This document shows, in pieces, positions 36,746 through 44,181 of a stretch of DNA of 64,000 nt. Positions within the stretch are counted from its first letter, which is position 1. The number at the start of each line of letters is the position of its first letter. The translations under genes were made by a program, and so were the position numbers. The stretch covers positions 10,606 to 74,605 of the forward strand of contig JBNQGE010000023.1 in NCBI GenBank assembly GCA_050436805.1, given 5' to 3'. Under the pieces are notes generated by a model. It was not told where the DNA came from and did no database searches. It saw only the letters and a program-made list of their open reading frames with translations. This stretch comes from Candidatus Saccharimonadota bacterium. Its GTDB lineage: Bacteria > Patescibacteriota > Saccharimonadia > Saccharimonadales > UBA4665.

Positions 36746-36814
36746 TCCAAGCAGCAACTGCTCGGACGCTTCTTTTGACAGTCTGCCTGAACTAAGTTCG
36801 AATTTTATGTCATC
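36746..36814. repeat. Junction module copy 'b': 5'-truncated hairpin plus family-1 site
   Basis: TCCAAGCAGCAACTGCTCGGACGCTTCTTTTGACAGTCTGCCTGAACTAAGTTCGAATTTTATG is nearly identical to 42178-42240. Confidence 0.75.
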
Positions 36815-37268
36815 TGCTATACAGGCCAGCCAGCTTGGCCGAAGTAATAATGTACGTTTGAATTGCCGCCTCAATGGTCGCTCGAGGTGCAGTAGCAGCC
36901 AAATCCAACATCCTGTCCAGTGCGTATAGCTCAAAAATGTAGCGATGCATACCTGTTCCTTTTGGGGGCATAGGACGGATATAGTTTGTTTTCTTCATGT
37001 CATTCATTCCTATAATGGCGCCCTGGGGAATGGCGCCTTCGGCGATGGTAGCAGTATTGGAGTGAATATTCCACACAGCCCAATGGAGGAAATCTTTCTT
37101 CCTAGCGTCAGGATCGTGCATAAGTAGCACAAGGCTAGCCGTTCCCTCGGGTACATCGTTAATAATAAGTGGAGGGTTTTGATTCTTACCCGTAAAACCA
37201 TAGGGCTCAGGAATCTGACTCATATTAGTAAAAACAGGACTCGTAAGCTTCATTGTGCTCCTTTTCAT
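36810..37268 (-). CDS. YbhB/YbcL (PEBP/Raf-kinase-inhibitor-like) family protein
   Basis: LVLLMHDPDA, HWAVWNI and GMHRYIFELYALD. Confidence 0.75.
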   Translation of the reverse strand: MKRSTMKLTSPVFTNMSQIPEPYGFTGKNQNPPLIINDVPEGTASLVLLMHDPDARKKDFLHWAVWNIHSNTATIAEGAIPQGAIIGMNDMKKTNYIRPMPPKGTGMHRYIFELYALDRMLDLAATAPRATIEAAIQTYIITSAKLAGLYSR

Positions 37269-37439
37269 ATCTCTACTCTAGAGTAATCTTGAATTTATTT
37301 CACATTGTAAAAACATCTACAAGGTAGGGCGATAATTTTAGATATTCAGATAATAGGGGACATAGCGTACGGACAACCCAGAGTGGTACCATAGGCCTTA
37401 AGGCGAAGAAGAAATCATGCAAAACAAGGAGGTACTGTA

Positions 37440-37970
37440 ATGACGCAGTCTAATCTCTCATGCGAGACACAGCAACTATGTGCGATTGCCGCGACCGGGC
37501 AATATCTCTTTCACGGAACGAACCTTGAGTACCCTGTGCTATATTCATCGATACCTCATTGGAATTATGAGGGCAACACCTACCCGGATAGTGACATTCC
37601 GGTTGTCTGCGCCATGGACAAGCCTCTCGTGCCTACCTTTATGGGGCTCATCGCGGTAACCAACGCACGTCCATGTCGATCTCTTACGAACGAATTGGGC
37701 GGTAAGGATTTCGCCGTGCCTACTCGTAGCCGTGAGTCTTTGGAGCAAGCCGTGGGCTTTGTGGCGATACTCTCTCGTGATCTATTTGAGCTTGTCGAAG
37801 ACATCGAAGTACCAGCAGGTTACTCTGGTCCTCGCCCTGGGGGCAGGCGAGCGGAGTGGCGTAGTTATGCGGGGAGCTTGGAGCCGGTTGGTTACGTATC
37901 TGTTACGTTCGATGACTTTTTGGGACTTCTGTCAACTGCGCCCGAGTCGACTTTTAGGTTCATGGATTAA
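37440..37970 (+). CDS. Hypothetical protein
   Basis: 176-aa ORF with a GGAGG SD upstream. Confidence 0.5.
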   Translation: MTQSNLSCETQQLCAIAATGQYLFHGTNLEYPVLYSSIPHWNYEGNTYPDSDIPVVCAMDKPLVPTFMGLIAVTNARPCRSLTNELGGKDFAVPTRSRESLEQAVGFVAILSRDLFELVEDIEVPAGYSGPRPGGRRAEWRSYAGSLEPVGYVSVTFDDFLGLLSTAPESTFRFMD

Positions 37971-38424
37971 TGCCCATCTTCTTAATTCGGTAGTTGGTAA
38001 ACGTACCCTGTCTAATCGAGCGACCAATCTCGCGTACCACTTTTGGTTTATCACTTTGCATGCGTACGATAAAGGCCTCACTGGCAAGAGAATCTGCATC
38101 GTGCTCGAGGCCCCATAGTGTCAACTCTATGAGCATTGGGATGAGTTGCTCGCCTTTTTCTGTGACAGTATAGATGTATTGGTTCCTTAGTGTGAGGTCA
38201 CGCCGTTTCTCAATAATACCTTGCTGTTCTAGCTTTTTGAGCCGATCACTGAGCACATTAGTCGCTGCTTTTTCCTGTGGCGTGAAGTCACTGAAGCGGG
38301 TACGGTGATAAAAAATAATGTCACGCAAAATGAGTAATGACCATTTGTCACCAAAAACATCCAGCGCAAAACTGATCGGACAGCTGGACCTACGCTTAGA
38401 TCTATTTTCATCGATTTCCTGCAT
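37960..38424 (-). CDS. HxlR-family transcriptional regulator
   Basis: CPISFALDVFGDKWSLLILRDI. Confidence 0.75.
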   Translation of the reverse strand: MQEIDENRSKRRSSCPISFALDVFGDKWSLLILRDIIFYHRTRFSDFTPQEKAATNVLSDRLKKLEQQGIIEKRRDLTLRNQYIYTVTEKGEQLIPMLIELTLWGLEHDADSLASEAFIVRMQSDKPKVVREIGRSIRQGTFTNYRIKKMGINP

Positions 38425-38503
38425 CTCAGCATCTTAACATCCTTGTCTTTTGCAAGCAACCTGTCTATACTCCGAAGTGACTATAAAAAGCAAAGGGTGA
38501 AAA

Positions 38504-38923
38504 ATGAGCATACATATTGATTGGGTCGCGGTTGTTGTAGCGCTAGTGGCGAGTATGGTTCTGGCAAAGACTTGGTTCACGCCAAAGGCATTCGGTGGTC
38601 CATGGCGAAAGTATACGGGCATTACTTCGGCAGATTCCAAAAAAGCCGGGAAGCGACCGATTATATTGACGCTGTTTGCAAACATCCTAACAATAGTAGC
38701 GCTTGCCGCCACGATTAATATAAGCGCTGTGTTCTTCCAAAATAACTCTGTTTGGCTCTCTTCGGCTGTTGGCCTTGCCTCCTGGCTAGCCTTTTCAGCA
38801 ACAACGCTTGCCACTCATAACGCCTTTGAACAGAAGCCGCAAAGATTAACCCTCATTAATAATGGATACCAGTTCGTCCTATTTCTAGCCACGTCAGTAA
38901 TCATTGGTTGGTTTGGCGCATAA
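38504..38923 (+). CDS. DUF1761-like membrane protein
   Basis: Four TM segments and an N-terminus ..WVAVVVALVASMVLAKTWFTPKAFGGPW. Confidence 0.55.
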   Translation: MSIHIDWVAVVVALVASMVLAKTWFTPKAFGGPWRKYTGITSADSKKAGKRPIILTLFANILTIVALAATINISAVFFQNNSVWLSSAVGLASWLAFSATTLATHNAFEQKPQRLTLINNGYQFVLFLATSVIIGWFGA

Positions 38924-38924
38924 G

Positions 38925-39254
38925 ATGGCCTACAATGAACCGCGAACTGAGCAAGTGCGTATCTTGCTTGCAAATATCCCTAACGTTACAGAGAAGAAAA
39001 TGTTTGGCAGCGTAGGCTTCATGGTCGATGGCAAGTTATGCCTAGGTGTGGGCGACCATGCCGACCATAACATGATGGTGCGCATCGGCATTGAAAAGTA
39101 CGGAGAAGCGCTGCAGCACCCTGGCGCATCGCCTGCAGTAATGCGAGGACGAGAACAACCGGGCTATGTGTTTCTGACTAACGAGGCAATTCAAACTCAA
39201 AATGATTTAGAGTACTGGGTAGATTTGGCCTTGGAATATAACAGGAGTTTGTAG
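38925..39254 (+). CDS. TfoX/Sxy N-terminal-domain protein
   Basis: ..VTEKKMFGSVGFMVDGKLCLGV.. The start is placed at ATG 38925, directly after the upstream stop. Confidence 0.55.
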   Translation: MAYNEPRTEQVRILLANIPNVTEKKMFGSVGFMVDGKLCLGVGDHADHNMMVRIGIEKYGEALQHPGASPAVMRGREQPGYVFLTNEAIQTQNDLEYWVDLALEYNRSL

Positions 39255-39321
39255 ATATGGCTCACCAATTGCATAACGTAGTTTTCGGGCTAGGCGATGA
39301 TGGAAATGGTATGATAACACC

Positions 39322-39609
39322 ATGATTATGACTATTATCCTCAGTTTCCTGGCAGGTGCCTGGTTTGGAAACGGCATACCGCATTTTGTGCGAGGCATCA
39401 CCAGACAAAACTATCCTTCAATGTTAGGCAACAAACCTATTCCTAACCTTATTGCTGGATGGATGGCCCTAGCAACAACACCACTATGGTTATATTGGTC
39501 GCAGGCAGCTAGCTATCCGGTACAGGCATGGGTTGCGGGTGCCTTCGGAGTTCTTGCTATTGGTTTATTCCATGCTGGCCCTGGTGCATTTGGTAAGCAA
39601 GATAAGTAG
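39322..39609 (+). CDS. Small membrane protein
   Basis: 95-aa ORF with 3 hydrophobic segments. Confidence 0.45.
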   Translation: MIMTIILSFLAGAWFGNGIPHFVRGITRQNYPSMLGNKPIPNLIAGWMALATTPLWLYWSQAASYPVQAWVAGAFGVLAIGLFHAGPGAFGKQDK

Positions 39610-39634
39610 AGTAAATTAACGCATAAGAGGGTCT

Positions 39635-40066
39635 ATGTCAGATTACGTTCAACCAACTCATAAGTTTGTAGCAGTTTTGAACAAAAAGATTCCCGAAGGT
39701 CGCTTAATGAACGCCTTAGCTCATGCTACTGCCGGTTTAAGCGCCACGTACCCCGAAGTTGCCGCAATGCGCTTTGATAATTACGAGGATAAATCAGGCA
39801 ACATACATCAAAGCATATCTGACAACCCATTCATTATTCTCCGTGCTGATAACTCCAACAAATTGCGGGCGCTGCGTCAGCAACTCGTCGAGCAGGACAT
39901 CTGCTTCACTGATTTTGTAGATACGATGACAGAAGGCACATACACTGAGCAGCAGGAACGTACCAAGAATACGAACGAAGAAGACCTAGAATACTTTGCC
40001 GTTGTTATGTTTGGTGAAAATGAAGTACTCAATGTGCTCAATAAGAAGTTTTCTCTCTGGCACTAG
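39635..40066 (+). CDS. DUF2000-like protein
   Basis: 143 aa. The call rests on general resemblance from memory, and there is an AGAGGG SD. Confidence 0.45.
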   Translation: MSDYVQPTHKFVAVLNKKIPEGRLMNALAHATAGLSATYPEVAAMRFDNYEDKSGNIHQSISDNPFIILRADNSNKLRALRQQLVEQDICFTDFVDTMTEGTYTEQQERTKNTNEEDLEYFAVVMFGENEVLNVLNKKFSLWH

Positions 40067-40142
40067 CCTACTAGTGAAGAGATGAGAAAATTTGGCCTGA
40101 AACTTCTGTCGCAATATCAGTATCTAGGATATAGTGAGTCTT

Positions 40143-40902
40143 TTAAGGTTTTTCTGGCAACTCAAACTCAGCCCAGCAGAGGTAGTGGTCAGACTGTGTC
40201 TGCACAATGTTCGAATCTGTAAGCCGCCATTCTGGGCTATACAATATATGGTCAGGATGGGTACCATGGCTTAGTTGATATATTCGGCAACGCGTCCTTC
40301 AGGCTAAACTTCTCGAGTAGAAGCGGGAATGCATTTGATAAGTCATGTTGATTGAAGTCAGCTGGAAATAATAATGGACGGCTTAACGCGCCCGCAAGAA
40401 GAGTGTCTATACCGTGACCCAGATCTTTTCCCAAGCCCGTATCGTATTGTAGGCCAAAAGCACCGAGCGGCTCGGTGTGTATATTTGCAACTGTAAAGCT
40501 ATTGAATGTTACGACCTGTGCGTAGCGGTCATAGGGCGGAACAACCTTACCACTATGTTGAAATTTTAACTCAAAAGTTGGATGAGGTAGCAAAAGTGAC
40601 TGCTCAGTCGTAAACGGTATTCTGGAAATTATAGCGGTGGTGAGCATATACGTTGAATCAATATGGGACGGGCAGCCAGGTGATTCGGCAACATAAGACA
40701 TATCTAACGAGTTTGCTAGGAGCTCTGCAAGACTATTGTGCGAATTGGCATGCGATTCCTGCAGGCACACAATATCTAGTTGCAATGTCTGCAATTGTTC
40801 CGCAAAATAATCGAGTTCTTCTTGCGTACCATAATCAAATCGCTCCATAGAGAGCATTTTGCGTGCTCCTGCGATATTCCATGTGCCAACACGTATTTTC
40901 AT
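40143..40902 (-). pseudogene. Endonuclease/exonuclease/phosphatase (EEP) family gene, frameshifted near the 3' end
   Basis: The ORF 40252..40902 ends ..STKPWYPS*. The +1 frame continues HPDHILYSPEWRLTDSNIVQTQSDHYLCWAEFELPEKP* and carries the catalytic C-terminal (S)DH motif. Confidence 0.65.
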
Positions 40903-40956
40903 TCCTCAATAATACTACAAAATGCCATACCTTTTCGGTTAGAACTTCCGAGGAGC

Positions 40957-40988
40957 CTCTCAGGGCTAAGTTCGAACTTTGAGAGAGG
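40957..40988. repeat. Site copy 'c': near-perfect palindrome around AAGTTCGAAC
   Basis: CCTCTCAgggctAAGTTCGAACTTTGAGAGAGG. Confidence 0.6.
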
Positions 40989-41027
40989 AGGCCTAGGAAA
41001 AATAGCCGGTGATGCTATAATAAATGC

Positions 41028-41129
41028 ATGGCACAGGCAACAAAATCTCCTACACCAAAAGTTAAAGACTGGACTAAGAAGTTCGTAAAGAAATACAGCC
41101 CAGCTTTAAAAGAGTTGTCTAAAAAATAA
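41028..41129 (+). CDS. 33-aa ORF, possible antitoxin partner of Doc
   Basis: MAQATKSPTPKVKDWTKKFVKKYSPALKELSKK* ends 2 nt before the Doc start. The ORF is not in the supplied track and I have no homology evidence for it. Confidence 0.3.
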   Translation: MAQATKSPTPKVKDWTKKFVKKYSPALKELSKK

Positions 41130-41131
41130 TC

Positions 41132-41540
41132 ATGTTCGGCGGCGATCCAGAAGAAGACCTTCGGATTCTTTGCTATATTCATGATGCAATTATCGATGAG
41201 AGTGGTGGCTCCAAGGGTTTTCATAACGAGCACTTAGTTCGTTCTGCATTAGCTCGGCCAAATCATAGCGCGTTTGGCAAAGATGCCTACACCGACCTTT
41301 TTACAAAAGCAGCAGCCTTGCTCGATTCAATCGCCAATAATCACGGCTTTCGTGATGGTAATAAACGCTACTGTGATGGCGGCGGCCGTATTGTTTTTAC
41401 ACTTGCATGATATTACGGTGCAGTTTACCAACCAAGAATATGAGGAAGTCATGTTGCACGTGGTGAATGATAAGCCACCGGTTGAGGAAATCAAAGGCTG
41501 GCTCATCCAACACTCTGACAATAAAGAGAGTAGCCGATGA
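41132..41540 (+). pseudogene. doc: Doc (death-on-curing, Fic-fold) toxin gene with a 1-nt frameshift
   Basis: The Fic motif HGFRDGNKR is followed by a frame change at ~41369. Skipping one T restores ..DGNKRTVMAAAVLFLHLHDITV...EEIKGWLIQHS. Confidence 0.65.
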
Positions 41541-41848
41541 GGCGCAAGAAGCGCGTAATGCTACTCTTGTTTTCTTTAGTATCTGTCTCCGTTGTCGGTC
41601 TGTTCATTTGTAACCGTGACACTAGAAAATTTGTGCAGCCCACAGGAAACCTAGTCATGGGGAGCGATACGCAACTAGCAAAAAAGGTGGCTGCATATGC
41701 AGCTCATTATTTAAACTTCACCTCATGTAATGCAACTGTGTATGGCCACGATGGTACATATATTTATGCGCATACATCCTGCAGTAGCTACAGCTCCAGT
41801 TCGGCAAATATCGGGTTGCGTACAATTTCAAGACACAGCAGGTTCTAA
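41537..41848 (+). CDS. Membrane-anchored hypothetical protein
   Basis: 103 aa with an N-terminal TM segment. It overlaps the end of Doc by 4 nt. Confidence 0.45.
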   Translation: MRRKKRVMLLLFSLVSVSVVGLFICNRDTRKFVQPTGNLVMGSDTQLAKKVAAYAAHYLNFTSCNATVYGHDGTYIYAHTSCSSYSSSSANIGLRTISRHSRF

Positions 41849-41952
41849 AAGTAATCCTTGTGGGTGATGACAACCAAAATCCCAGCCCCAACGAGATACT
41901 GCCAAGCAAAATAGTCAAAGTGATACCTGTGTCTGATTATTAGATACGCAGC

Positions 41953-42097
41953 ATAAGTTCGATCTTTGCATGTTTGGGGTGGTGACCAGGCTCGAACCCA
42001 AATCAACACGGTGGAATAGAAAGACCCGAGTCATTTCTGGCTCGGGCTTTGAGGCGTGACCTCCGTTATTCTAGGCTGGCAGGGGAGACAGGACTCG
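41953..42097. repeat. Left ~145-bp direct repeat: family-2 site, tRNA-His-like 3' fragment, small hairpin and 21-nt tRNA-Trp 3' fragment
   Basis: It aligns with 53279-53423 at roughly 75-80% identity by eye. TGGCAGGGGAGACAGGACTCG (42077-97) is identical to the 3' end of tRNA-Trp (53403-23). TGGGGTGGTGACCAGGCTCGAACC is at 41975-98. Confidence 0.8.
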
Positions 42098-42250
42098 CCG
42101 CCGTGTGACTGCAAACGTGCCACTGGCACTTTTGCTTATATTCGTCCTCGTCCTGTGCCAGCCAATAAAAAGAAGCGCCCAAGCAGCAACTGCTCGGACG
42201 CTTCTTTTGGCAGTCCTTCAAGAACTAAGTTCGAACTTATGACAGAGGTG
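42098..42250. repeat. Junction module copy 'e': spacer, long hairpin (42167-42208) and family-1 site (42208-42250)
   Basis: AAAAAGAAGCGCCCAAGCAGCAACTGCTCGGACGCTTCTTTT followed by TGGCAGTCCTTCAAGAACTAAGTTCGAACTTATGACAGAGGTG. Confidence 0.8.
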
Positions 42251-42263
42251 TATACTTTAGAAT

Positions 42264-42935
42264 ATGGTCAAATATCCGGAATATAGCAAAGAACTCACGC
42301 AGCTTTTGAGTGAAGACCAAGAAGTCTGGAAATCTTTCTGGCGTGATAATTTTGATAGACAGAATACATCCGAGTTCCACAAGGAATTTGAAAAGGTGCG
42401 AGCCGAGCAGCAAGGTCAGTCAAAACGAATGTTGGAAATTCTGCGTCAAGTCGATAGGCCTACGTTGACTAACATCGGTGCCGATGCAGCACAAGCCGTG
42501 TCAATTCTGGCGCTGCATGATTCACTTGATGTATTACGTTCAGTGCTCGATATTTTTATAGACTGCTATGAGAAAGACAAGACAGACGCATACTGCCAGG
42601 CGATTCCGTCGATGACAGATAGAGTAAGGATTTTGGAGCGCAAACCTCAAGTGTTCGGTACACAGTGGGAACTCGATGAGCATAATTATCCATTTCTACC
42701 GACAGTTGAGGATTTTGAACATGTTAATGAGCGGCGTGAAGCATATGGCATAGAGCCGCTGCGGTGGCCAAAGTCGCTCGCCATTCCAGAAGATCGACAA
42801 CCCTGGCTCAAAAAGCCGTTGTCCGGATCAGTTATGCGCGATATTACTGACAAAGAATTCCAGCAAAAATATCAGAGCTATCTAGCCAATCCTAATCGTT
42901 CGAAAAGTGAAATTGAAGGTGGCGTTAACTTATAG
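42264..42935 (+). CDS. Hypothetical protein
   Basis: 223-aa ORF with no motif I recognise. Confidence 0.5.
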   Translation: MVKYPEYSKELTQLLSEDQEVWKSFWRDNFDRQNTSEFHKEFEKVRAEQQGQSKRMLEILRQVDRPTLTNIGADAAQAVSILALHDSLDVLRSVLDIFIDCYEKDKTDAYCQAIPSMTDRVRILERKPQVFGTQWELDEHNYPFLPTVEDFEHVNERREAYGIEPLRWPKSLAIPEDRQPWLKKPLSGSVMRDITDKEFQQKYQSYLANPNRSKSEIEGGVNL

Positions 42936-43336
42936 TCACTAAGTTTGTTTATGGGCACCCATTCCAATGTGGCAAGATCATCTGTCGGCTGCAGCTTTAT
43001 GTCTTTCGCCTCCACTAATAGGTCAACACGATAAACATTGAACTTCATATTGCAAAGTACGTGTTCGCCGGTCTCCTTGAGTGTCTTTTCGGTTTGGCCA
43101 GAGCCTTGGTCGTCAGCCAGAGCCACACTGGCGCCAGAAATATCAATGCCGACTTCTTCTAAAATCTCGCGTTGCAGAGCAATTTCTTTTGTCTCGTCTT
43201 TTTCGACACCACCGCCCGGGATGTGCCAACAATCAACATACACACCACCACTTTTGGGATCTTTCATACCCATAAGTAGCTTGCCGTCTTTGGAAAAGAT
43301 GAGCGCAGATACGATTTCGCGGTCGATTGTTTTCAT
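42878..43336 (-). CDS. Nudix hydrolase
   Basis: Nudix box GGGVEKDETKEIALQREILEEVGI. The start is placed at ATG 43336 (MKTIDRE..), 4 nt after the upstream stop. Confidence 0.8.
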   Translation of the reverse strand: MKTIDREIVSALIFSKDGKLLMGMKDPKSGGVYVDCWHIPGGGVEKDETKEIALQREILEEVGIDISGASVALADDQGSGQTEKTLKETGEHVLCNMKFNVYRVDLLVEAKDIKLQPTDDLATLEWVPINKLSDYKLTPPSISLFERLGLAR

Positions 43337-43340
43337 GGCT

Positions 43341-43835
43341 TTATGATACAGGTTTGTACTCCTCAACAAATGCCTGGCCATATGCTACATCAAGTTGTAG
43401 CGTTAATTCTTTAGGCTCCCCTCGCACGATTGGAAGCATTGATCGTATTGGTCCCCAGTGAGTTACAACGGCCACGGAATCATAGCCGAGAGTAGCAACA
43501 TGCGCTAAGGCCGAGCGCAATCGCTCTTCCATTTGCTGCCAGGATTCGCCGTTTGGCGGCACAGAAGTATACCTTTCTTCGGTGGTAAGTTTCTCGAGTT
43601 CGGCAGCAATTTGTGGCCATTCCCAATCAGACCAATCGCCAAAATTTCGCTCTTCAAGACCTTGTTGAGCAATACTTGGCGCATTTAAGGCAAGCGATAG
43701 GGCTTCTGCTGCAAATACTGCACGAGATTGTGTGGAATGAACGACAGCTCGCACCTCTTCATTACGACACGTTCCAATAACATGAGCAAGCTGCTCTTGG
43801 CCATTTGGGCTTAGTGCATCTTCATCACCGGGCAA
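43341..43835 (-). CDS. Histidine phosphatase family protein lacking a canonical start for its catalytic N-terminus
   Basis: The in-frame upstream sequence encodes (I)KLVIIRHPETNREAGLPGDED.., which carries the RH catalytic motif. It begins at ATC 43884, preceded by GAGGAG. No ATG, GTG or TTG lies before ATG 43835. Confidence 0.55.
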   Translation of the reverse strand: MPGDEDALSPNGQEQLAHVIGTCRNEEVRAVVHSTQSRAVFAAEALSLALNAPSIAQQGLEERNFGDWSDWEWPQIAAELEKLTTEERYTSVPPNGESWQQMEERLRSALAHVATLGYDSVAVVTHWGPIRSMLPIVRGEPKELTLQLDVAYGQAFVEEYKPVS

Positions 43836-43878
43836 ACCGGCTTCTCTGTTAGTTTCGGGGTGACGAATTATTACAAGT

Positions 43879-44124
43879 TTGATAGCTGGCTCCTCGTCGC
43901 ATTTAGTAAACAGGCGTATTCAGTTAATTATACCAGTTTTCACCTTAGAAGTTCGAACATCGCATATTTGGGAGGGTGACATTATAGCGCTAGAACCCGA
44001 GAGGATAGAGTCCTTGCGGCTCATCCTTGAAAGTGAACAGGATAGATCTGTCACCTATGACGAAGCATTAGAGATAGGGCGATCACTAGTACGCTTCTTC
44101 AAGGCTCTCGCCGAAGAATCGTAG
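43879..44124 (+). CDS. Small ORF upstream of the recombinase (possible accessory or directionality factor); true start uncertain
   Basis: The most plausible product is the ~47 C-terminal residues (..IIALEPERIESLRLILESEQDRSVTYDEALEIGRSLVRFFKALAEES), preceded by GGGAGGG and an ATT codon. The longer ORF runs through repeat 'f'. Confidence 0.3.
   Translation: MIAGSSSHLVNRRIQLIIPVFTLEVRTSHIWEGDIIALEPERIESLRLILESEQDRSVTYDEALEIGRSLVRFFKALAEES
43943..43995. repeat. Site copy 'f' (family 2) immediately upstream of the recombinase module
   Basis: AAGTTCGAACATCGCATATTTGGGAGGGTGAC..CTAGAACCC parallels AAGTTCGATCTTTGCATGTTTGGGGTGGTGAC..CTCGAACCC at 41955-41998. Confidence 0.6.
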
Positions 44125-44181
44125 AGCAGTCCACTCAGGTGCGCTCATACCTAACATACAATAATTACAAAGGAGAGAAGG

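Noticed and set aside
40207-40216. Extra (A)TGTTCGAAT-type matches inside coding regions (40207, and also ~26272 and ~59687).
   Set aside because: TTCGAA alone is expected about 15 times by chance in 64 kb. These copies lack the flanking family-1 or family-2 sequence and sit inside ORFs, so I did not count them as sites.
42056-42286. 76-aa ORF spanning the tRNA-Trp fragment, hairpin and family-1 site.
   Set aside because: It runs entirely through repeated non-coding junction elements. The homologous copies at 34.5 and 51.6 kb do not preserve a frame.
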